From Vicugna vicugna (lineage: Eukaryota): a DNA stretch of 64,000 bases. How positions within the stretch are numbered: the stretch's first letter is position 1; each line of letters starts with the position of its first letter. A program made the position numbers and the translations under genes. The notes below the pieces were generated by a model. That model did not search any database and was not told the DNA's origin. It was given only the letters and a program-made list of their open reading frames with translations. Shown piece by piece: positions 46,901 to 64,000 of this stretch. The stretch lies in the NCBI GenBank assembly GCA_013265495.1, contig MU061537.1:434001-498000 (forward strand). Reading direction: 5' to 3'.

Positions 46901-49318
46901 GCCTTAGAAGATCTTCCAGTCCCTTGGGTCGAATTCCTGGGGAGGGGGTTCTGATCCCTTGGAACTCTGGCCCCATCACCCAGGCGGAGAATCAGCCAAA
47001 ATTCCTACTAAGTCACATAGTAAAGTTGGAAAACATACCCAGGACCTCCCGGCACGCGCCCGGCGCCTCCTGCCCTCTCCCTCTTCTAGCAGGGTGCTCC
47101 TGGAGGAAGTGTTCTCCACCCCCCCGCCCCCGTCACCCTCCTCGGTCCTGGAGTTGGGGGACAGTGATTCTGGGAGGCATGCAGTTGGGTGCCCTTGATC
47201 CTGCTCAGCCTGCCGACTCTAAAGGAAGGACACCTGTTGGGATGGGCCTCCAGGACGCAGGAGGGCACCAGGAGGACCAAGGAGTTTTCACCCAGGATAG
47301 GGATTCTCCCGCCAGCCCTGAAACTTGCGGTCCAGCTCCCTGCCTCCTGCACCACTCATTCCCCAAAAGTGGGTCCCTCTAGGGGTCAAGGGGTTACCTC
47401 TGCCCAAGTCTCTCCTCCTCGATCTTCACTGGCCAGTGTGGAGGTGTGGCCAGGAGGAGCCCAGGTTTGTCCAGGCGAGTGTCAGCCTGGCCCAAGAGTG
47501 ACCACTTCTGACCTCTCCTTTCCTCACCCTGGGCAGTGAGACACACCAGATGAGGAACATGAAAAGGGGTGAAAAGCACAAATGTGTGCCTGTTTCCACA
47601 GTGGGGAGGGTGTCGGCCCCCTGCCCAGCTGTGCAGGGGGTGGGGTGGGACTTTTCCAGAGAGGGAGCCAGGCCTGGCCCTGGCCCCAGGAGCTCACGTC
47701 ACCCCACCCCCCACCCACCACTTCTCCAGGGAACTGCCAAAGCCAAACCCAGCTCAGGACAGGATTATGTGTACTGGGTAGACCCATGGAGAGAGACAGC
47801 AAGATACAGACCAGGGGTAGCAGAGAGAAGCAGAGGCAGAGAGGGAGTGGAGAGGGGACCCAGTGGCAACTTCTTGTCTGCCTTTGGGCAGACAGTGACC
47901 ATCATCCTCTCTTTCCTTTCAAACTCCAATAACAGAGTCAGGCAGAGGGCTGAAGGTTTGGGTGGAACAATGGCCCTTCTCTGGAGCCCCTACCCGTCCC
48001 CCTATCAGGGTGGAGTGGCTGACCTCAGTGGACAGCCCAGCCAGGAGAGGAGCAGCCATCAGCAACCCCTTCCCAGCCCCAAGGAGCTGAGGAGACGCTG
48101 AGGCTCAGGCTCAACCACCGTGATCCCTCCTTCAGCATCCCAAGTCCTGAGGTCCCAGGGAGGGGAGTGGGGCTGAGAGTTGCCACCCCCAAGCACATTC
48201 CTGCCCTTCCCTCTGTCATTTTCCTGCCTCTGAGCTGGCCCACCTCGGCATTAGCTCCTTGGATTCCTCTCCCGGGTGCCTTTCACATCCAACAGAAACA
48301 TTTTTTTTTTCCTGGAAAGCAGAACTAAGAGCAGCATGAGGACTAGGGGTGGAAAGGGCTCATCGTGAGCAGGAAGGAGCTGGGGGGCAACGGGGAGCGG
48401 TGGGAGAGTCAGGCTGAGACCAGGAGAGGGTTCCAAGCTCTGCTTCCCTGATGATGAAGGCTAGACTTCAGGATGGACTTCCCAGCTCTTGAGAAGATAG
48501 ACCCATGCGTGACTGGGGAGCAACGGCATCTCTAGCTGCATCTCCCCTTTCCGGTTCCCCAGCCCATCGGAGTCTCGCCTGAAGTAAGCTCTCAATGATC
48601 CAATGCTGGACGCTGGCCCCTAGGGGGAGGTTAAATCTCAGTGGGAAAAATCACCTGCTTCTCTAGAGATTAAATCATCAGCCATTTTAGTTTATCCCTT
48701 GGCTGAAAAGTTTGAGGCAAGGATGTGCCTGTGTGTTCCGGAAGGAGGTTCTCTAAGAAGGGAAGAAACAGCTGGGAGGCAGGTAGGAAACAGAAAGCCT
48801 AGGGGGCTTCCTGTCAGCTCCTCAGACGGGTTTGGGGGGAGTGTCTGGCAAGTCCTCACTGAGTCTCCCTCTTCAGCTTTCCAGGACCTCTGGGAGGGCT
48901 GGAGGGGGAGCCAGATGAAAACCATCTTAAGAAAGATGTGTGTGCCTGAGTGGCCTAGACACAGTCTGAAGTGAGGACTTGGAAGAGCTGAGAGGTTCCT
49001 ACCACTGAGGGGAGGGGTCTGAGCCTGAGTCTGGAGGCTGAGGTCAGACCCCCCACCCTCCAGCCTGGGCGGATGGACAGAGCTGTTTTCCTTCTCCCTC
49101 TCACCCTTAGGATCTTAAAGGGGTGGGCCAGCCTTCCCCACCCCTCCATCCTCACTCTGAGATGTCCTTCTGAGGCGTCATCCCAACCCTCAGCTTTCTG
49201 GAGACTGGACCAGGCTTCTGCCCTGCAGAGCGCACCCACTTCCAAGCCCAGATGCCTGAGTAGAGTGTTTACTTCCGGTCCCCTCCTCCCTCACCCCGGA
49301 GCAATCAAGGGAGGAGCG

Positions 49319-56681
<7,363 letters not shown>

Positions 56682-57360
56682 AATGGGTCCGGGAGACCCT
56701 CTCCTCAAGGATTTCTCATGCCACCATCAGTCACCATCAATCAGCCTAACTTGTACCCTCTAGCTCTCCAGCCTGTCCTGGTCTCACTAGGGACGTCCCC
56801 CAGTGTGGTCGAGGGTGGCGAGATGACTGACAGTGATTGTGTGGTGGTGTGATGGTGTGTGCACCTGCCTCCAAATGTGTATCTGGGCCTGTGTGGATGT
56901 GTCTGCGCTCGGACATCTGTATCACTTCCCCAAAAGAAGTTAAACAGACAGAGAAGAAATGGAGAGGGGACGATGCCTGTTTCCCTGAGACTTCTAGGCT
57001 GAGAGGAAAGCAGGTTTGTAGCCTTTGGGGAATCCAAGCTACTCAGAGTCTGGCCTCTCCATCAGTCCCAACTTTGTGTCCTAAACCTCGTTTTTCCTGT
57101 TCAGGCCTCCCATCTTCTAAAGCACCCTTTTGTCTCTGAGCCCTTCTCCCCTTGCCTAGTCTCTCTATCCCTCCCTCTCATAGTTAGCTAGGGATGGGGG
57201 TCAGCCGTGGCCAAGCCTGCCTTTCCCCAGGAAGAGACTATCCCTCCGGAGCAGGGACCCGCTGGGCAGAGGCTGGAAAACGGAAAGGTTAGAATAAGAA
57301 AGCCTAGCCCCTGCTCCCACTCCCCACCTCCTAAAATGGTTCCCAACTAATTTATTTTTT

Positions 57361-57366
57361 ATTAAA
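57361..57366 (+). terminator. ADAMTSL4 poly(A) signal ATTAAA
   Basis: About 680 nt after the stop codon, preceded by a U-rich tract and followed by T/GT-rich sequence. Confidence 0.7.
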
Positions 57367-60300
57367 GATGATTATGACAAATGAGAAACAGGCTCTTTAT
57401 TGTCTTCATGGGAACTCAGCCATCCGGGCCACCTGAGCAAGCACTGTGAGGTCAGAATGAAGGGTGGGAAGGGAAACAGCACTTAGAACCCAGGTGGAGA
57501 GAGTCTGGGCCCAGAAAGGCTAATGAGTGAGAGCCAGTCACCTGAGATCAGGAGCCTTGGTCAGGAGAGGATCCTGGCTGATTGCAGGCCCTGCAGGTTG
57601 GTCATCGACCACTAGAGGTCACCACTTCTCCCAGTTTAAGTATGGAGTTGAGCACTTGGGTCTGGAGTGGAGGAAAACACTGCATGGCCTCTGGTGGATT
57701 TCTTGGTAGGGTGAGTCTTTCTGTAAATTTTCTTGGAATCTAGTAGCACTTATTTCCATTTGGGGCTGAGCTGGCTTTTCAGGGGTCCTTTTTCCTGTTC
57801 CCTTTCTGTGGCCCTGCCTTTCTGCCTTCCCCACCTTTTCTTCTATTACCCACTTCCCTATTAAGCTCTTGGTTTATTGCTTTTCATAGGGTGGGAGGAA
57901 AGGAAATGGTTTCCCCCACCCCTACCCCTTCCCTCAGCAGGAATGGCTGGAAGGGGGAGCCTGGCCTGGCTCTAGGGGACCCAGGGGTGGAGCCAAGGGT
58001 GGAGCCAAGGCAGTACTGGATGTCCTGCCAAAGACATTCCTCTTCGATGTCTCACCCTAATTTCCCTCCTCCCTCCCCGCCCATGTCAACTTTCAAGGTA
58101 AATAGCTTGCTAGAGGTGGCGTGAGAGCAGGCAGCCTTCTGCGTAACACAGATCCTCTCCCTGACCCCTGCAAGTCTAAGGTCTGAGTCCAGGTCTCCAC
58201 TTGTGGGAGCCAGACTTCCCAGGGGTCCCGGTGCCTAGGAAGCGGGGGCAGTGCAACAGAACCAAACTCCCTTCCCCATCCCTGCACCACCACCAGTCTG
58301 GCCGAGCAAGACCGTGAGTAAGGGCCTACAGAAACAGCTGAACTCAGTGACTGCTGTTTCCTGAGCGCACACCCCCCCCCAGGCGCTGGGAAGGCCCCCA
58401 GAGCTCCCCGAGGAGACGGGACTCCTCCTGCACGTCATACTGCTGCTTTGGAGCTTAGGCTGTCTCTGGGTCAGAAGCGGCTGAGAAGGAAGACTCTGGA
58501 CAACATCTTGGGAGGAGAGTGGGTGAGGAAGGCGGCAAAAGAGAACGAAGGGAGAGGAAAATGAAAACGAGTCCAGGGTGGGGAGTGAGGAAGGGGGTAC
58601 AAGGGAAGCCCAGTCTCGGTGTCTCCACTCAGTCTAAAGAGAGAGTGTCGCAGGTGTTCTCTCTGGTGAACCTCTAAGGGGATCAAGATGTGGGGGGACC
58701 AGGGAAGTGGGACCTGAGCCAGCCCTTTAGATACTGAGGGCTGAAGGCGGAGTCCCGAGACCTCAGGAGGGTGGTGCTGAGTAGCTGGGGCCCTCCCAGC
58801 GATTCCTGGAAGCTGAAGGCTGGGCGGTAGCCCCTGCTCAGCTGACTTCCCCGAAGTTCCTCCTCCCTCTTAGGGCCTCTTAGGGCTGTTGCCGGGCAGG
58901 TTTGGAGTTTGGCCTGAGCCTGAGAACCAATCGCAGGTGGCGAACGCAGCCACAGCCCTTCTTAGGGCTCCCCCAGCGTCAGCACCTCCCTTCTCTTTCT
59001 GCTAGCCCCCAGCTCTGCTACAGTCTCCAGCCTCTGACTTCTCAGGCTGTGGGCCTTCATCTGAGGGGTCCCCCCTCCCCTCCTCATTTTAGAGCTTGCA
59101 TTCAGTGCATCCTCTAAGGATTCATTCCTCTGGTCACTGAGGCCAGTATGCGGATCAGTGTGAAAGTTTTCAGGAAGGGGAACCTGACCCCAATCACCCC
59201 TTTTCCTGTCCCCTTTGAGGAGAGTAGTGTGGCCGGATACCTCTTTGCTGACCTCTGAAGCCTTCTGGAGGGGCTTGGGAGAGAGGAAGCTGTAACCCAA
59301 GGTCAGGGAGATGTGGTGGAGGGGCCCTTAGGTTTGGTGCCCTGAGGGGAATTTAGGGAAGGACCTCAGAGGAACTGGACCCCTGAGAATTGAGGTGGGG
59401 GTGGGGTGGTGACACTTGATGTGCACAAGAGAGATCAAGCGTGCAGAAAGCCAGCAGATTGCTAGGGCTTCTCATTTCTGAGTGTTTGCTGGGGGAGGGG
59501 GAGGGGAGGGGGCTGTGGTTCTATGTCAGTGGACTGAGGGGTGAACTTGTGAGGTCTCAGTTCAGCTGGGTCAGAATTCCTCTCCCCTCCCCCTCCCAGC
59601 TTCCCCAGGGTAATTACCCACCCAGCTAAGCTACTGCCTTCAGACTAAATTTAGCTCCTAGACTTCTAGACTTCCCCCACCTGGGGGCCTCCCTACAAGC
59701 AGGTGCTCACAGCTGCAGGGGTGGGTCTGAGGCGATCTGGACTCTTCACTCATCCAGATTCAGCCTCTCAGGCAACTGGCGGTGAAGCAGAGGCGAGGGC
59801 CCCAGTTGCTGGCGCACAGCATGAGTGTCTCAACCTTAAGACACCGTCTCTCAGGAGCCCTTTGGGGAAGGACCTGGAGAACTAGGAGGGCAGGGGGATT
59901 AGGGTGGGAACAAAATGCAAGGAGAAGTTCCCTCCAGATTCTCTCCGACCAGATCCTCTTTCATTTCTTGCTTTCCCCTTCTCCCCATTTTGAACTTAAC
60001 ACCACCACCCCCAACCTGAGCAAACTGACTCAGGGTGATCCCTCCTCTCCCTGAAGCATGGAGAATCATGCCAGACCAGAGATTATAGTTTTGGGGTGGA
60101 GTGAGGGGTTCCTACGTTCCCTCCCTCTCTGCTACCAGAATCCCTCAAATCCGCCACCCCTGGCTCTGGGAGGCAGCTGGGTGGGGAAGTCAGAGCTGAG
60201 GGGCTTATTTGTCACTGGCAGGTGATGGAGAGATGTCAACTTTAAAGGGTGGGAGGCACCTTCTACAGGAAGTAGAAAGCCTCAGGAAAGTACCTAAGTC

Positions 60301-61011
60301 TAAGTCTGTCAACAGGAGAAACAGTTTGGGTTAACCTCAAACGAGACAGCACAAATCTTCAAGCTGACTCTGGGCTCCCTGGCCCTGTAGACTGGGGAAA
60401 ACTCTAGAGCGTGTCTCAGGGCTGCAGTCAGAGGGTAGAAAGTATTGGGGGGAGGAATGTGCGAAACTAGTCCAAAGCAAGGTACGCCTGGGCCATGGCC
60501 GCCAGCGCCTCGGGCTCCGATCGGCCACACCAGCTGCGGGGCAGGTGCGGCGCTGACCAGGAACCAGACAGGCGGAGCATTTTATCAGCCAGCACCAGAA
60601 AGCAGTGTTTGCATGTCTTAGGAAAGAACCTCCGTGTTAGAGGAGGTATGCGTTCTGTTTCAGGAAGGTCTCAGGTTGGGGTGAGGGTGTGTGTGTGTGT
60701 GTGTTGCATGCTTCTGAGCTTGCCTGAATCTCTTTAAGAGATAGCTCTACAAAACTTCAAGTGAGGAGGAGAAGAAACTGGGGGTGGGAGGGAGGATTAC
60801 TCATAAAAGGGAGAAAACTGTGTGTGCCCCTGGGGTCCCTAGGCTAAAAGGCCAGGTGGCAAAGGCCCCGCCCTTGATGGGGCAGAGTTGATCTGCCCTA
60901 GACCCAGGCCCGCCCTTCATCTCTTCCTCCCTTCATCTCTTCCTCCCTTCACTCCTGATAATTCTTGGTTGCCTCCCTCTTTCATGACATCATAAGACCC
61001 CTTTTTAGCTC

Positions 61012-61335
61012 TAGTAGAGGAGTGGACAACCTTTTTCTCTACAAGACTGGAGAGGAAATATTTCAGCTCTTCAGGCCATAGACTCTTGGCTGCAACTACT
61101 TGACTGTGCAGTTGCAGCACAAAAGCAGCTGTCGACAGCATGTAAACCAATGGGCACGGCTGTGCTCCGGTCAGACTTGATGACATTGAAATTTTGATTT
61201 TAAATAATTTTAATGTGTCACCAGATATTCTTTTTTTCCACCATTTAAAGATGCAAAAGCCATTCTCAGCTTTCAAGCCATACAGAAACAGGCAATAGGC
61301 GGATTTAGCAGGCAGGGAGTTTACCTACCCATGGG
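61012..61335 (+). mobile_element. MER58-like hAT-Charlie DNA transposon remnant
   Basis: caggccatagactcttggctgcaactacttgactgtgcagttgcagcacaaaagcagctgtcgacagcatgtaaaccaatgggcacggctgtgctcc matches MER58 wording. Confidence 0.7.
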
Positions 61336-64000
61336 ATTTCTTCCATCTGGTGGAACCCTTGCTCTGCTCAGCCATAGAAAGTCCTGTTTGTGTGGTCTTT
61401 GCTTCAAAATACGGCTGTAGAACCTTTTAATTCAATGTCCTATCTACTGACTTCTTAGTGGATTCTCCCAGGGAATTCAGTGATTTGGACACAGCTAACA
61501 GGGGCTAATAAACCCTCAAGGGATATTTCCCCAAATTCCTTATGTTTGTATAGTGCTTTAAGATAAAGCACTTGAATATATTCTGTCTTTAAATCTTCCC
61601 CATAATAAGGTAGGGAAGACAGCTCAGCCCAGTTTACAGGGGAGAAAATTACAGCTAACCTACGCTTTTCACTTATAAAGTTCTACCTAATTCCTTTGTT
61701 CTGTTATTCAGTCTTACTCCCATAGGGCACCCCTTTATCAAAATACTCAATTATTTGGACCACAGTGATCCAGAATGGATTCAAGTGTTTCTGTTGTTTT
61801 CAAATGTCTTTCATGACTTTTCAGCATTTTCGGAAAATCCTGCCTAAATTTTATTTTTCAACTCACAGTTTCAAGGAATTAAAAATCCTTTCAAATACAT
61901 TCAGCATTTAGGCCCCAGGAAATAATTAAATATGGATACCGTCTTTGCGTAAGGTACACTGTCATGCAAACATAGGATTATGTATTAATAATTGAGTCAC
62001 AGGTTTCTTCCTTAGGACAGATTTTTACCACTCAAAATTGTGTGTTGATATGTTCTGTACTTAGAAGCAATGCAGCTGCATTTCTTTTCAAAATAATCTA
62101 TATCTGGGATTGCTTACCAAATCCTTATTTTGTATTAGAAGTTTCCTTTCACTCAGCAGCACTGTGACGGTTCACAGTGGGGAAAGGAACCTGCAGAACC
62201 TCTGTTTCAGACCTGACCCCAGCTACCATGCTTTGAGGTGGGGGGAGAGGGGCCAGGAAGCAGGTAACCAGCCACTCCTCCACCATTACCAAGCTCCTCT
62301 GCAGAGCTGTTGTTCCTTAAAGCCGAAAACAAGCCACCTCATTTCAAAACACACGCACACAGACAAAACCTCATTTCAACACAGTTATTTCCCTCTTTCT
62401 GTTTCTCTGCTTTGCCTCACGGAGGATTTCTGAGAAACGAAGAAAACGTCACCTCCCACAGTTTCAGTCTGCAGTTTTGTTTTAATGATGGAGAGAAGAG
62501 TTAGAGAAAGGAGTATGCTGCCTGGGCATACAGTATTGACCTAAAACTTCACAGATTAAGAGAAATGCCCTTCCCACAGCCCTTCAGCTGAGGTGGGCCC
62601 CACCTTGTCTCAGATCTGGGCTTTCAGGGTCTGAAGAAATACACAAGCTGTCCTCTCAGGAGATGTCAGCAACAGAGCAGTGAAACCCAACAGCTGCTCC
62701 CTGCAGCAGCCCAGCTGTCCCCGTCCCCTCCCCCCGCCTCATTCCCACCAAGGACAGGAGGTGGGTGGGAGCCGCTCCAGGCAGCCTCAGGAATGGCGGT
62801 GTGCGCTGAGGATGGGATGCATGAAAGATCTGGGCATTGAGATTCAGGAATAAAATGTTCATGAAGGAGATGTTTCCTAGGGAAGCCCCTTCCCTCCCCC
62901 CAGATCTGAACACCTGAGTCGTACCAGCCCTGTAGGGGAGGCTGAAATGTGTAGCACAATTTGTGAAACCAGCTCCTCCTACTAGACAAGAAAATGAGCT
63001 GTTTTTAGGGGCACAGAATTAAAGCCATTTCTTAATCAAAATAAAGTAGAAAACTCATCAAATTCAGGTAGCAACCCAACAGTTAAACACTTTTTTCCTT
63101 GTCTGCTTCCCTGGCTGTTTCCCAGCACACCTTGTTCCAGGACAACTTGAGTAAACACACATGTGACCACGGAGGGCGGGAAGAAAACCAAGTGGGGGTG
63201 GTGAAATTCTGAATGGAATGCAGCCCCAGCTAGTTAGGGGGCTTGGACTGAGACTTCTGGCACTGGCTGAGGATTTAAACAGGCAGAGAAGCCAAAACAA
63301 TGAGCTCATGGGCAAGAATGCAGCCTGTGGGGAAGTCTGGGCAGTCAGAGCAAACTGGTTTTTTGAACCAGGATGGGAATAGCTGTGATCAAGTCTCCCA
63401 CGGGAACAGGATTAGGGCGAGTGGAGCCACCATTCAGTATCTTAGGGTCCAGCTGAGTAACTTTTGAGGGGCTGTTCTTTATTAGTAAATTCTGTTCTGC
63501 AGAGAGCTTAGCAGGTCTGTTTAAAAACCTGGTTCCTTTCCCTACTTTTGTGAACTTGGGTGGGTAAAGGATGAGATGGCTGGTGGGATGTCTGAGTGAG
63601 CTATCCTAGGTGCTCTTAAGATGACTTTGTTCACAGCAGCTCTGCCGGTGCCAATTCCTACACCAGGGGCCAGTGATGGGTCAGATCCTTAGGGTGTGTG
63701 TGTTCAGGGCCAACTCGTTAACAAGACAGAGGAAACAACAGTGTCTGTCTTCTTTACTTCCCAAATAAACTCAACCCACCTGGCGGTGTGGGGCCAAATT
63801 CAGACTTCTGAGACCAAAAGAGATATTTTTTTTTCCTACCAATGTTTTGCAGTACTTTTATATAAGGCCCCAAATGGAAGAAACTGGAGAGATACAGCAT
63901 TCATTGGCCATTATGGTGAAGGGGAAGGCAGGGAGGGGACAGGAGAAGAAAAAAATTACCTATGAATCTCCCCCTCTCCTACCCCCAGCCGAGGTTCTTT

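Noticed and set aside
46058..47382. Overlapping 150-298 aa ORFs on both strands
   Set aside because: Stop-poor CpG island; low-complexity Arg/Gly/Pro/Ala translations in several frames with no recognisable domain.
48952..49035. Region loosely resembling human MIR4257 as recalled
   Set aside because: Strongly diverged, no convincing hairpin by eye, and the comparison is from memory.

Overview
Mammalian genomic DNA, most likely a camelid (inferred from several young tRNA-Ala(AGC)-headed SINEs of the Vic-1 type). It is syntenic with human 1q21 RPRD2-TARS2-ECM1-(FALEC)-ADAMTSL4. Three complete, intact, spliced + strand genes were reconstructed exon by exon with GT-AG boundaries and consistent phases: TARS2 (18 coding exons, 7478-18325, 718 aa), ECM1 (10 exons, 19126-24301, 543 aa) and ADAMTSL4 (17 coding exons, 49319-56681, 1066 aa). 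The first ~2.5 kb is probably the 3' UTR of RPRD2 (synteny only). The ECM1-ADAMTSL4 gap holds an orphan CpG-island promoter at the position of human FALEC plus L1, L2, MIR, LTR, DNA-transposon and SINE repeats. No prokaryote-like or wholly new system was found. The most interesting observations are: a SINE inserted in the loop of a hairpin matching the MIR6878 mirtron; a decayed 57-nt ECM1 exon-5a-like cassette next to a candidate 15-nt in-frame microexon; a stop-free in-frame ECM1 intron 7; an intronic poly(A) site in ADAMTSL4; a nested SINE/L1 cluster; and a possible short L1 3' transduction. Comparisons with human or mouse sequences are from memory and need database confirmation.
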